NCBI GenBank assembly: GCA_902492895.1
Contig: CABUNG010000008.1
Coordinates: forward strand, 19,045-83,044
DNA length: 64,000 nt
Source of the DNA: an uncultured Oscillospiraceae bacterium
GTDB taxonomy: Bacteria; Bacillota; Clostridia; Oscillospirales; Acutalibacteraceae
Direction: 5' to 3'
Every line of letters begins with the position of its first letter. Position 1 is the first letter of the stretch. Of the stretch, positions 49,717 to 59,175 are shown in pieces. A model generated the notes under the pieces. The model had not been told where the DNA came from. It worked only from the letters and a program-made list of their open reading frames with translations, and ran no database searches. The position numbers and the translations under genes are program-made.

Positions 49717-52185
49717 TCACTTCGCTGATTTCGCCTCAAACGTAAAGGTGTTATCCTTTACGTTGACACATACGGTATCGCCGCTGCGGAATTGCCCTTC
49801 CAGCAGCTTCTCAGCTAGGGCGTCCTCGATTTTGGACTGGATCGCCCGGCGGAGAGGACGGGCGCCGTAGACCGGATCAAACCCTTCCTTGGCGATTTCG
49901 CTGACCGCAGCGTCGCCGACCTCCAGGGTCATCCCCATATCCGCCAGCCGTTTGTCGAGAGAGGCAAGCATCCGGCGGGCAATTCGGCGGATATCCTCCT
50001 CGGAGAGCTGCTGGAACACGATGATGTCGTCCACCCGGTTGAGGAATTCGGGGCGGAAGGTCTTTTTCAGTTCGCCCAGAACATCCTCCCGGATCTGCTT
50101 CTGGTTTTCGGCCGCGTCCCTCTGGGTCGCCACACCGAAACCCAGTTTCCGATGTTCGGTGATCATCCGGGCGCCCACGTTGGAGGTCATGATGATGACA
50201 GTATTTTTAAAGTCCACCCGCCGTCCCTGGGCATCGGTCAGAATGCCGTCCTCCAGAATCTGCAGGAGCATATTGAACACATCGGGATGCGCTTTTTCGA
50301 TCTCGTCGAACAGCACGACCGAGTAGGGTTTGCGGCGGATTTTTTCCGTCAGCTGTCCCCCCTCGTCGTATCCGACATAGCCGGGCGGCGACCCGACCAG
50401 ACGGGAAACCGTGTGTTTTTCCATATATTCTGACATATCCAGGCGGATCATAGCGTTTTCGTCGCCGAACATGGCTTCCGCCAGCGCCTTGCAGAGCTCG
50501 GTCTTGCCGACGCCTGTCGGCCCGAGAAAAATGAAGGATCCGATAGGACGGCGGGGATCTTTGAGCCCCACCCGTCCGCGGCGGATGGCCTTGGCCACAG
50601 CCGCAACGGCCTCATCCTGTCCGACGATCCGTTCGTGGAGGATCTCCTCCATCCGCAGCAGCCGCTGACCCTCGGCTTCGGTGAGCTGCACCACCGGCAC
50701 GCCGGTCCAGCTCGATACGATCTCCGCAATGTCGGAGGCCGTCACCTCGCCGGTGATCCCGGCATTCTTCTCCTGCCACTGCCCCCGCTCCGACTCCAGA
50801 CGGTCGGAAAGGTCCTTTTCCTCATCCCGCAGACGGGCGGCACGTTCGAAATCCTGCTCGTTGACAGCCGACTTTTTCTCTTCGGACAGCCGTTTGACTT
50901 CTTCCTCCAGCTGCTTCAGATCGGGCGGAGCCGTAAAGGCCTTTAGCCTTACTCTGGATGCCGCTTCGTCTACCAGATCGATCGCCTTATCGGGCAGATA
51001 GCGGTCGGAAATATAGCGGGTGGAGAGTGTGACGGCAGCCTCCAGCGCCTCATCGGTGATTTTCACTTTGTGGTGAGCCTCGTATTTGTCCCGCAGCCCC
51101 CGCAGGATGAGGACAGCCTCCTCAGCCGTGGGTTCCCCCACCGTGACCGGCTGGAAGCGCCGTTCAAGAGCCGCGTCTTTTTCAATATGCTTGCGGTATT
51201 CGTCGAGGGTGGTCGCGCCGATAACCTGCAACTCACCCCTGGCCAGGGAGGGCTTGAGAATGTTGGCGGCATCCACGGCGCCCTCCGCCGCGCCCGCGCC
51301 GATGATGGTGTGGATCTCGTCGATAAACACGATGATGTTCTTGGAGCGGACCACCTCATCGATGGCGTTCTTGATCCGTTCTTCGAAATCGCCACGGTAT
51401 TTGGTACCGGCCACCATACCAGTCAGATCGAGGGTCACCACCCGTTTGCCGCGCAGCAGCTCGGGGACCTCGTCCGCCGTGATTTTCTGGGCCAGTCCCT
51501 CGGCGATGGCGGTTTTGCCGACGCCCGGCTCTCCGATCAGGCAGGGGTTGTTCTTGGTGCGGCGGGACAGAATCTGGATCACCCGTTCGATTTCCTTCCC
51601 CCGTCCGATCACCGGGTCGAGCTTGCCCTCCTTCGCCATGGCCGTCAGATCCCGCCCGAACTGGTCGAGCGTCGGGGTTTTGCCGGGACCCTTGGCGGAA
51701 GAGGAAGCCCCGCCCCGGATGCCTTCCGACGCAGTTTGAGCCGGAGACGCGCCGATCGCCTTGCCGATGTCCCGCATCAGCTCATCCGGACGGGCGCCGA
51801 GGGCCGCAATCAGCCGGACAGCCACACTGCTCTCGTCCCGGAGAACCGCGATCAGAATATGCTCGGTCCCCACATAGCCGTGCTGCAGCACGGCCGCTTC
51901 CGCGACAGCCATTTCCATCGCCTTTTTGGCTCGGGGAGTAAAATCTTCCGGTGAAAGGCGGGTGCGCTGCCCGCTCGATTCGCTTTCCACGATCTTCTGC
52001 TGATACTGTACGGCTGTCACGCCGCGGGCGCCGAGAACCGACGCGGCCACGCCTGTTCCCTCCTGCAGCAGCCCGAGCACAATGTGCTCGGTTCCGATAT
52101 AGGTATGCCCAAGCGCCTCGGCCGATTCGATGGCCAAGTTCAGGGCCGTATTGGCTTTTTCGGTAAATCCTTTGAATCGATACAT
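49717..52185 (-). CDS. clpC: ATP-dependent Clp protease ATP-binding subunit ClpC.
   Basis: Two Clp_N repeats, a UVR motif and two AAA+ modules ([16 protein letters not shown]). 822 aa. Part of the ctsR operon. Confidence 0.9.
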   Translation of the reverse strand: MYRFKGFTEKANTALNLAIESAEALGHTYIGTEHIVLGLLQEGTGVAASVLGARGVTAVQYQQKIVESESSGQRTRLSPEDFTPRAKKAMEMAVAEAAVLQHGYVGTEHILIAVLRDESSVAVRLIAALGARPDELMRDIGKAIGASPAQTASEGIRGGASSSAKGPGKTPTLDQFGRDLTAMAKEGKLDPVIGRGKEIERVIQILSRRTKNNPCLIGEPGVGKTAIAEGLAQKITADEVPELLRGKRVVTLDLTGMVAGTKYRGDFEERIKNAIDEVVRSKNIIVFIDEIHTIIGAGAAEGAVDAANILKPSLARGELQVIGATTLDEYRKHIEKDAALERRFQPVTVGEPTAEEAVLILRGLRDKYEAHHKVKITDEALEAAVTLSTRYISDRYLPDKAIDLVDEAASRVRLKAFTAPPDLKQLEEEVKRLSEEKKSAVNEQDFERAARLRDEEKDLSDRLESERGQWQEKNAGITGEVTASDIAEIVSSWTGVPVVQLTEAEGQRLLRMEEILHERIVGQDEAVAAVAKAIRRGRVGLKDPRRPIGSFIFLGPTGVGKTELCKALAEAMFGDENAMIRLDMSEYMEKHTVSRLVGSPPGYVGYDEGGQLTEKIRRKPYSVVLFDEIEKAHPDVFNMLLQILEDGILTDAQGRRVDFKNTVIIMTSNVGARMITEHRKLGFGVATQRDAAENQKQIREDVLGELKKTFRPEFLNRVDDIIVFQQLSEEDIRRIARRMLASLDKRLADMGMTLEVGDAAVSEIAKEGFDPVYGARPLRRAIQSKIEDALAEKLLEGQFRSGDTVCVNVKDNTFTFEAKSAK

Positions 52186-52213
52186 CGTATTCCAGCCTTT
52201 CTGTGCTCAGTTG

Positions 52214-53236
52214 TCATGTTGGTTTCTCGGCCAGCCTCTCCCGGACGAGAACGGCCCGGACGGCGTCCCGCTCGGCCGGTTCCAGCTCCTCGCCCTTCAT
52301 CGCCATCACGGTCGCGGGCTGCGCATCTCCGATAAGGCCGCTGATCTGGTCCAGAGACAGGCCCTCGATCATCCCAAGGGCCACGCCGACCCGCAGATTG
52401 GAAATCAAAGACATGAACTCATCGCCCCGAAGCAGGCGGGCGGTGCGCAGAATGCCGAGGGAGCGCCAGACCCGGTCTTCAAAGTGCGGATTCCGGCAGA
52501 GTTCCTCCCGTCCGGCGCGTTCTTCCCGGATAATCTGAGCGGCAATCCCCTTGAGGTTTTCAATGGCGGCCGATTCCGATATGCCCAGCGTCACCTGGTT
52601 GGAGAGCTGATAAATAGCGCCCTCCGGCTTGCTGCCTTCGCCGTACAGTCCCCGGATCGTCAGGCCGAGTTTGGATACCGTATTGGCGAGCTGCTGGATC
52701 GCACCGCCCTCCTGCAGGGCGGGCAGATGCAGCATCATGCTCGCCCGCATACCGGTGCCGAGATTGGTCGGGCATTGGGTGAGATAGCCGAGCCGGTCGT
52801 CGAAGGCAAAATGCAGGCGGCTGTCCAGAGCCGTATCCAGCTCATCGGCCGCGCGGTAGGCGCTGTCGAGATCCAGACCCGGCCGCATCACCTGAATGCG
52901 CAGGTGATCCTCCTCGCCGATCATCAAACTGACGCTTTCGTCCTCGGACAGGCACAGCACGCTCCCCTCTTCCTGCCGGGAAAACTCCGGGCTGATCAGA
53001 TGGCGTTCCACCAAGGAAAGCGCCGTGATATGGGGCAGTTCGTGCATATCGATGACGCGGAACGTCTCTTCGGGCAGCGCTTTGACGACGGCCTCCGCCG
53101 CCTGACGCTTTTGTTCCGGATTCATACAGGCCGGAAAAGGCATCCGCGGAAGGTTCCGGGCCAGCCGCACCCGGGTGCTGATGACAACGTCGCCTTCCTG
53201 GCCGCTGGCGCGGTACCATTGCTTATTCCCCGTCAT
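52214..53236 (-). CDS. mcsB: Protein-arginine kinase McsB.
   Basis: Phosphagen-kinase-like domain (...CPTNLGTGMRAS...), 340 aa. Confidence 0.9.
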   Translation of the reverse strand: MTGNKQWYRASGQEGDVVISTRVRLARNLPRMPFPACMNPEQKRQAAEAVVKALPEETFRVIDMHELPHITALSLVERHLISPEFSRQEEGSVLCLSEDESVSLMIGEEDHLRIQVMRPGLDLDSAYRAADELDTALDSRLHFAFDDRLGYLTQCPTNLGTGMRASMMLHLPALQEGGAIQQLANTVSKLGLTIRGLYGEGSKPEGAIYQLSNQVTLGISESAAIENLKGIAAQIIREERAGREELCRNPHFEDRVWRSLGILRTARLLRGDEFMSLISNLRVGVALGMIEGLSLDQISGLIGDAQPATVMAMKGEELEPAERDAVRAVLVRERLAEKPT

Positions 53237-53726
53237 GCTGCGTCTCCTCCTTTTCGAGCGCGCGGATCTGATCCCGCAGCGCAGCGCACTCTTCGTACCG
53301 CTGACTGGCGATGCACTGGGCGAGCTGCTGGCGGAGTGCGTCCAGTTCCTGCTCCTTCTTCATACGGGCGCCCGCCCCGGACGGCACCTTGCCCGTATGC
53401 TTGGCTTTGCCGTGGATCCGCTGTATTGACGGCAGCAGGCGGTCATAAAAGGTTGTGTAGCAGGAGGGACAGCCCGCCTTTCCGGATTGCGCGATCTCGC
53501 TGAAACTCCGGCCGCAGACCTCGCAGCGGACGGTATCCGCCTTTTCTCTGGCCGTCGGTTCGGAAAAGAGCGCGCCCCAGAAATCTCCCAGGTCGAACCC
53601 GTTCCACATGGTCAGCCCCTGCTGTCCTGCACAGTCGGCGCAGAGATGAATCTCGGTAGTCTCTCCATTAATGGTCTTCTTTAAAAAGGTGGTTGCCGGT
53701 TTTTGTCCGCAGTTTTGACACAGCAT
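53223..53726 (-). CDS. mcsA: McsA, activator of McsB (zinc-finger/UVR protein).
   Basis: Two CxxC zinc-finger pairs plus a C-terminal UVR-like helix. Confidence 0.85.
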   Translation of the reverse strand: MLCQNCGQKPATTFLKKTINGETTEIHLCADCAGQQGLTMWNGFDLGDFWGALFSEPTAREKADTVRCEVCGRSFSEIAQSGKAGCPSCYTTFYDRLLPSIQRIHGKAKHTGKVPSGAGARMKKEQELDALRQQLAQCIASQRYEECAALRDQIRALEKEETQHDGE

Positions 53727-53744
53727 GGTGGTTCCTCCCTTAGT

Positions 53745-54203
53745 CTACATATTCAGAGCCGTCAGCATATGTTTCATCATCGTCGCCCGGAGCCGGTCCC
53801 GGCAGCTTACCGGGACGTCCCGGTAAGCCTGGTCGGAGAGGGCCGCGCTCATCAGAGCGGCATCCGACGGTTTGATCCATCTCTGTCCCGCCAGACTGTC
53901 CAGAATCGCGGCCGCGGCCGCGGGGACCAATTCCTCGCCAATGGAATTGACCACATGCATGAGCGGCGAGCAGTCCGGCGTATAGCGGACGCGATGAATC
54001 CGGATGTATCCCCCGCCGCCCCGCCGGCTTTCCACAATGTATCCCTGCTCAGGCGTAAAGCGGGAGGTCAGAACGTAGTTGATCTGACTCGGCACGCAGC
54101 CCAGCTTCTCTGCAAGTTCATTTCGCTGCAGTTCCGCTGAACCGTCCTCCGCCTCTTCCATTCTATGAAGAATATAGGCGGCAATGGCATCGCTTATGCG
54201 CAT
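53745..54203 (-). CDS. ctsR: Class III stress-gene repressor CtsR.
   Basis: 152 aa with a winged-HTH N-domain and a Gly-rich loop (SRRGGGGYIRI). Confidence 0.9.
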   Translation of the reverse strand: MRISDAIAAYILHRMEEAEDGSAELQRNELAEKLGCVPSQINYVLTSRFTPEQGYIVESRRGGGGYIRIHRVRYTPDCSPLMHVVNSIGEELVPAAAAAILDSLAGQRWIKPSDAALMSAALSDQAYRDVPVSCRDRLRATMMKHMLTALNM

Positions 54204-54256
54204 ATCCCCCCACCTTTCCGTATTTATGTTCTTATTTTACCGAATAGGTCAGGAAA

Positions 54257-54279
54257 AGTCAAAGTCAAATTTGGTCAAT
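54257..54279. promoter_or_regulatory. CtsR operator: tandem heptad repeats aGTCAAAgtcAAAtttGGTCAAT. It overlaps the -35 (TTGACT) of the ctsR promoter, whose -10 TAAAAT lies at about 54234-54239 on the minus strand.
   Basis: Matches the (A/G)GTCAAA-NAN-(A/G)GTCAAA consensus. An extra upstream GGTCAGG half-site at 54247-54253. Confidence 0.7.
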
Positions 54280-54464
54280 TTAGGCGAATGTAGTCCATTG
54301 AAGCGATATCCTCTCAAGCGTACCCTCCCTAGCGGCCTGGACCGCCCTTTCACGTGTTTTTTCAAGGAGAATAAAGCACCTGGATTTTTATCCTTGTACC
54401 GCTGTAACCAAACTTCCAGGATGGCATAGTATGGAATGTACCCATTGAAAGGAGGCGGCAAAAA

Positions 54465-54605
54465 ATGAGTCTGCGGAACATGTTTTGCGGCGGAAACAGC
54501 TGCACTTGGATCCTGTTCGTCATCATCATCCTTTTGATCCTCGATGACGATGGTTGTGGCTGCGGCGCCAACAACGGCGGCTGTGGCTGTGGCTGCGGTT
54601 GCTAA
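54465..54605 (+). CDS. Tiny single-TM protein with a C-terminal (Gly-Cys)n tail, 46 aa: MSLRNMFCGGNSCTWILFVIIILLILDDDGCGCGANNGGCGCGCGC. Not in the ORF track.
   Basis: An AAAGGAGG Shine-Dalgarno 8 nt before ATG, a TAA stop, and a paralogous copy immediately downstream. Confidence 0.6.
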   Translation: MSLRNMFCGGNSCTWILFVIIILLILDDDGCGCGANNGGCGCGCGC

Positions 54606-54653
54606 AAGGTTCCCCCTTTTTCAACGAACTGACAAGAAAGGAGAAATCTACTC

Positions 54654-54809
54654 ATGTGCCTGAGAAATCTGTTCGGCGGCGGTGACTGCACCTGGCTGCT
54701 TTTCATCATCATCCTCGTTCTGCTGTTCTGCAATGACGATTCCGGCTGTGGCTGCGGCTGCGAATCCCAGAACAACGGCTGCGGTTGCGGCTGTGGCTGC
54801 GGCTGCTAA
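54654..54809 (+). CDS. Paralogous tiny single-TM (Gly-Cys)n protein, 51 aa: MCLRNLFGGGDCTWLLFIIILVLLFCNDDSGCGCGCESQNNGCGCGCGCGC.
   Basis: An AAAGGAGA Shine-Dalgarno 7 nt before ATG. Followed by a strong terminator. Same architecture as the upstream copy. Confidence 0.6.
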   Translation: MCLRNLFGGGDCTWLLFIIILVLLFCNDDSGCGCGCESQNNGCGCGCGCGC

Positions 54810-54830
54810 TTCTTCCCGTTCCATTATCCT

Positions 54831-54874
54831 CCGGCCGGTTCAGCATCCAGCTGAACCGGCCGGTTCTTTTTTAT
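54831..54874 (+). terminator. Rho-independent terminator after the tandem tiny ORFs.
   Basis: CCGGCCGGUUCAGC-aucc-AGCUGAACCGGCCGG followed by UUCUUUUUUAU. Confidence 0.8.
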
Positions 54875-54928
54875 ATGCGTTTTTCTACATCCTACAACTG
54901 TGCAGAATGCCCTTAGCGGTATATTTCC

Positions 54929-55972
54929 TTAAAGTATCTCTATAAAATCGCGTATAACCTGAGTTTCCTGTGCGCGCAGCTCTGTTACAACGGTTTCCAG
55001 CTCCGGATAAAGCAGACTGCCTCTCTTGATATTGTCTTTCAAGACCCTGTTCAGTAGCAGTCGAGCTTTCTTTTCGATTTCTTCAAAAGATGCGAGAAAC
55101 GCCTCAACATCATGTCCGATACCGTTGTCTTTCATAAACTTCGCCCGCAGAGTCATCATATGCTTGTGCGCCCATATGTTATAAAACACCCGATGATCCA
55201 GAGACGCTTCCTGATCGAGCCGTTCCTTTGCATATGACAGCAGTACGTCATATACCCTCACACCGCCGACGGTATGTCCATAGGAATCGTTATTTTTCTG
55301 GCAAATCCGGTAACGGTAAATGCTGTTATCACCCATTATATAATCCGATAGCTGCTCAGCAATTACCCGCGTGTCAAAATCATGAAATGCGGCCAGATGG
55401 AAATCGTAGTGGAGCCTATGTTCATCCTGAACCGCCAGGCGTACAGTATTGTGCCAGGAGAACGGATTGTGCTTGTCCGTAAAATACGCGTCTTCCACCT
55501 CCTGAAATGAGCAGGTTCTCATATTAAAACGGCCCTCAAAAAAATCGGCAATGTAAAACAGCTCCTTTGTTGAGTCGTACCCGTGGATCAGCAAATCATG
55601 CGTACCCTCGCCCTCATACTGATAGGCCTTGATAAAACGGCGATTCACGGGCAGTATTACGTAATTATTCAGAGATAAACTGTCAGTTAAAAAATCCACA
55701 ATGCTGTCATATCGTACGTTGACGGTTTCCTTGGAAAGCTCCTGTGTATACAGATGGGGGCAGGCGAACCAATAGGACGGCGCGACAAAATAAATAAAAA
55801 CTCCACCCGCGGCTATCTTCGGATCACAAGCCCACACCTGTACAAACTGACTCATGAGCCACGGATAGGCACCGCCGTTGCATAAGACGATAGACTGCAA
55901 ATACGCGTCCTGCGTGATGCAGTTGATAAGAGGCTCCTGAAGCGGAAGCTGGATATAAACCTGTTTTTTCAT
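54929..55972 (-). CDS. Hypothetical protein with a BtrH_N-like N-terminal papain-fold domain and a helical C-terminal domain (DUF4872-like), in a lower-GC (~47%) segment.
   Basis: 347 aa. Candidate Cys (INCITQDAY) and His (HDLLIHGYD) residues. No signal peptide. Recognised only by architecture resemblance; needs an HMM search. Confidence 0.4.
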   Translation of the reverse strand: MKKQVYIQLPLQEPLINCITQDAYLQSIVLCNGGAYPWLMSQFVQVWACDPKIAAGGVFIYFVAPSYWFACPHLYTQELSKETVNVRYDSIVDFLTDSLSLNNYVILPVNRRFIKAYQYEGEGTHDLLIHGYDSTKELFYIADFFEGRFNMRTCSFQEVEDAYFTDKHNPFSWHNTVRLAVQDEHRLHYDFHLAAFHDFDTRVIAEQLSDYIMGDNSIYRYRICQKNNDSYGHTVGGVRVYDVLLSYAKERLDQEASLDHRVFYNIWAHKHMMTLRAKFMKDNGIGHDVEAFLASFEEIEKKARLLLNRVLKDNIKRGSLLYPELETVVTELRAQETQVIRDFIEIL

Positions 55973-56145
55973 ATGACGCTCTCCCTTTCTTCAATATCTA
56001 CAAAAATCATTGAAGTTATCAAAGGATACCATTTATATCCAATTTTGTCAATAAATTATGGGTATAATACTCTAATGAGCTGTTGATAAACACAATCCTG
56101 CCCATCCTTACAAAAATGATAATCGACTCTTAATCATTTGTCTAA

Positions 56146-56173
56146 TTGACAGCCTCCGGCCAAATGTTATAAT
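56146..56173 (+). promoter_or_regulatory. Strong sigma-A promoter TTGACA-16 nt-TATAAT.
   Basis: aaTTGACAgcctccggccaaatgtTATAATaaa, 22 nt upstream of the ATG at 56196. Confidence 0.6.
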
Positions 56174-56195
56174 AAAATCGAAAGTATTTTCACAT

Positions 56196-56624
56196 ATGGA
56201 CGCGCGCGTTCTGGAAAGGGGCCGGCAAATGGAAAACAGGCGCGGTCAATCAGCGACGCTGGCGGCTGCGGAATGCTGCGAGAGGATGGAGCGGAAGCGC
56301 TCGCTCCTGTTCGCACTTCCTCTGTCGTTTACCCTCTATCGACTCAGCCCAACGGACTTGTGTATCCGAAAGGGTCTGCTCAATCCCGCGGAAGACATCC
56401 TGCCGCTCGATAAAGCGGCAGGGGTTGCGCTGCACCGCAGTCCGCTGGAAAGGCTCTTTCAGCTAGGCAGTCTTTACATCGCCACGACGGATCCGGCTCA
56501 TCCAGAGCTGCGGGTTCGCCATATCCGGCATGCCGACGCGTTCGAGTCGGATTTCAAAACATATATGGAGGCGGTTTCCGGCCGTTCGGATGCCGAACGA
56601 GCGGTCCGCAACGCGGATCCTTGA
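56196..56624 (+). CDS. Bacterial PH-domain (bPH_2/YdbT-like) protein. The start could instead be the internal ATG at 56229, which has a GAAAGGGG RBS.
   Basis: ...LYRLSPTDLCIRKGLLNPAEDILPLDKAAGVALHRSPLERLFQLGSLYIATTD... matches the bPH_2 pattern. It lacks the usual N-terminal TM pair. Confidence 0.5.
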   Translation: MDARVLERGRQMENRRGQSATLAAAECCERMERKRSLLFALPLSFTLYRLSPTDLCIRKGLLNPAEDILPLDKAAGVALHRSPLERLFQLGSLYIATTDPAHPELRVRHIRHADAFESDFKTYMEAVSGRSDAERAVRNADP

Positions 56625-56638
56625 GGAGGAACAGAACG

Positions 56639-57529
56639 ATGCAAGAACCCCGGAAAAGGCGTCTTGGCGACCGCTATGACGGCTGGAGGCTGCGGCACAC
56701 CCAATCCTTTTTTTCCGTGATGCCTCATATTATGAAGCGCCGCTCCGACAGTTCGGTTCTCTTTGACGACGTGGTGGAGATCGAGCAACTGGAAAAATAC
56801 GTCCGCGGGCTGCGCAAAGAGCAGAACATGCCCGGCTTCTCGATGTTTCATCTATTCATTGCAGCCAGCGTGCGGATGATCACCCTGCGCCCCTGGCTCA
56901 ACCGTTTTGTGATCGGCGGCAAAAGCTACGCCCGCAATCGTCTGACCATCTCCATGACCGTCAAACGCACCCTGTCCAAAGACTCGGAAGACGCGGTGAT
57001 TAAACCGGATTTTGATGGAACCGATACCGTTTACGACGTATACCGGAAGATAAACGAGGCCATCTCTCACGAAGTGAAGGATCCTTCCGTGGAAAACGAC
57101 ACCGATATGGTGGCGCGCATTCTCGACACCTGCCCCTCCTGGCTGACCCGCGCAATTGTCAATGTCGTCAATGTTTTGGACCATCTGGGCCTTATGCCTA
57201 AGGCGATCAACCGCCTGAGTCCCTTTCACACGTCCATGTACATCACCGATGTCGGCTCTCTCGGTATTGGGCCGGTTTATCATCATATTTATGATTTCGG
57301 CACCACCTCCATCTTTATGGCGATGGGAAAAAAGGAGATGATCCTGGAAAAACAGGCCGACGGGTCGGTTCGGGAAAAGAAAGTCATCCGTCTGCGTTTT
57401 GTTGTGGACGAGCGCATCTGCGACGGCTATTATTTTTCGGAATCCTTTCGCTCCCTGAAACGACTTCTGAAAAACCCTTCCCTGCTCGAACAGCCGCCCG
57501 AGTCCATTCCGGTCGACACCTGGATCTGA
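56639..57529 (+). CDS. 2-oxoacid-dehydrogenase-E2/CAT-like acyltransferase catalytic-domain protein (standalone). Translationally coupled to the bPH gene.
   Basis: C-terminal ...FVVDERICDGYYFSESF... aligns to the DHRxxDG / HHxxxDG acyltransferase motif, with Glu at the His position. GAGGAGG RBS 9 nt before ATG. Confidence 0.5.
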   Translation: MQEPRKRRLGDRYDGWRLRHTQSFFSVMPHIMKRRSDSSVLFDDVVEIEQLEKYVRGLRKEQNMPGFSMFHLFIAASVRMITLRPWLNRFVIGGKSYARNRLTISMTVKRTLSKDSEDAVIKPDFDGTDTVYDVYRKINEAISHEVKDPSVENDTDMVARILDTCPSWLTRAIVNVVNVLDHLGLMPKAINRLSPFHTSMYITDVGSLGIGPVYHHIYDFGTTSIFMAMGKKEMILEKQADGSVREKKVIRLRFVVDERICDGYYFSESFRSLKRLLKNPSLLEQPPESIPVDTWI

Positions 57530-57567
57530 TTCTGAACTATATGAACTATATATTATAATCGAAATTC

Positions 57568-57608
57568 GAGAAATCCAGTATTTTTATAAATACTGGATTT
57601 CTCATTTC
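57568..57608 (+). terminator. Rho-independent terminator preceding the low-GC MBOAT pair.
   Basis: GAGAAAUCCAGUA-uuuuuauaaa-UACUGGAUUUCUC followed by AUUUC. Confidence 0.65.
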
Positions 57609-57708
57609 AAAGATTGCAAACGAAATACAAATATGGTATATTGTCCTTCGAGTGCATTGCTATTAGAGGGTGGAGTAATGCAAAATTTATGTTTTGAGGG
57701 TGTAGAGA

Positions 57709-59163
57709 TTGCTTTTCAATTCGTACATATTTATTTTTCTCTTTTTGCCTATTACCTGCGTGGGATATTTTCTTATTAACAAATGGAATTATACATGCGG
57801 AAAAATATGGTTATTGGGTATGTCGCTCTGGTTCTATGCATATTTCAATATCAAATATCTACCTATCATTGTCATTAGCATTTGTTTTAATTATGCTATA
57901 AACTGGCTGATCATGCGGACATCGGTCTTGGTGCTCAAAAGAGTTTGGTTATGTATAGGGCTGGCAGCGAATATCGGGGTTTTATTTTACTACAAATATT
58001 ATGACTTTTTTACTGAGAATATCAACGCCCTGTTTCAAGCCGATTTTACTCTGCATCATCTGATACTACCTTTGGGTATCAGCTTCTTTACCTTTCAGCA
58101 GTTGTCTTATGTCATTGACAGCTATAAGGGAGAAGTACCCAATTATAATTTTCTCGATTATTCGTTGTTTGTTACTTATTTTCCCCAACTTATCGCCGGC
58201 CCGATTGTCTCACATGATGAAATTGTCCCGCAATTTGCCGATATATCCAAAAAGCGTTTAAACTATGAAAATCTGTCGAAAGGCATTATGGCTTTTTCTT
58301 TTGGGCTTGCCAAAAAGGTGCTGTTAGCCGATACATTTGGCAACGCGGTCAATTGGGGCTTTACAAATACAGAGGCGCTGGACACCACCAATGCCCTTTT
58401 GGTTATGCTGTTCTATACGTTTCAAATATATTTTGATTTTAGCGGCTATTGCGATATGGCGTCTGGGATTGGCCTTATGTTCAACATCGATTTACCCATG
58501 AATTTCAACTCGCCATATCGTGCTCTGACGATTACAGATTTTTGGAAACGCTGGCATATCACTTTAACACGGTTTTTCACACGTTATATTTATATCCCTC
58601 TTGGCGGCAACCGAAAAGGTAAGGTCCGTACATATATCAATATTTTCATAGTGTTTTTGGTAAGCGGTCTTTGGCATGGAGCAAACTGGACTTTTATTCT
58701 TTGGGGTGTCCTGCACGGTGTGTTTTCTCTTCTTACGCGGATGTTTGATAAACCGGTCAAAAAAATGCATCCTGCGCTCAGCTGGCTGATTACCTTCGGT
58801 TTTATCAATATAACATGGATCTATTTCCGAGCTGATTCCATTGGACAAGCCAATCTAATTGTTAAAAACATTTTAAAATGCAATTTCGGCAGCATAAACA
58901 GTTCCATTTTAAATGCATTTAGTCTGCCGGAGTTTTCACTTCTTTCCAGCATTTTCAGACACGGCATATTTGCGGATTCCAGACTATATTTTCTGCTGTT
59001 TACTGCCTTTGCGTTTTTCGCGGTCTTATTTATGAAAAATACCAACGAGCGGATCCGGACCTACAAACCCACCATATCTATTTCATGTATATCCGTTGTA
59101 CTGCTGGTCTGGTGTATTATTTCGTTTTCAGGGGTCAGCACTTTCCTGTATTTCAACTTTTAA
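57709..59163 (+). CDS. MBOAT-family membrane-bound O-acyltransferase (DltB/AlgI/PatA-like).
   Basis: A TTG start gives the MLFNSYIF... N-terminus typical of the family. It has the conserved His (GLWHGANW) and ~10 TM. Local GC is about 38% against a ~60% genome. Confidence 0.85.
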   Translation: MLFNSYIFIFLFLPITCVGYFLINKWNYTCGKIWLLGMSLWFYAYFNIKYLPIIVISICFNYAINWLIMRTSVLVLKRVWLCIGLAANIGVLFYYKYYDFFTENINALFQADFTLHHLILPLGISFFTFQQLSYVIDSYKGEVPNYNFLDYSLFVTYFPQLIAGPIVSHDEIVPQFADISKKRLNYENLSKGIMAFSFGLAKKVLLADTFGNAVNWGFTNTEALDTTNALLVMLFYTFQIYFDFSGYCDMASGIGLMFNIDLPMNFNSPYRALTITDFWKRWHITLTRFFTRYIYIPLGGNRKGKVRTYINIFIVFLVSGLWHGANWTFILWGVLHGVFSLLTRMFDKPVKKMHPALSWLITFGFINITWIYFRADSIGQANLIVKNILKCNFGSINSSILNAFSLPEFSLLSSIFRHGIFADSRLYFLLFTAFAFFAVLFMKNTNERIRTYKPTISISCISVVLLVWCIISFSGVSTFLYFNF

Positions 59164-59175
59164 GGTGGCAGCATA

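Noticed and set aside
54530-54810. Short tandem DNA repeats (GGCTGTGGCTGCGGCTGC...) that could be mistaken for a CRISPR or VNTR array.
   Set aside because: They are in frame inside two well-initiated ORFs and simply encode (Gly-Cys)n. There are no spacer-like unique segments and no cas genes.
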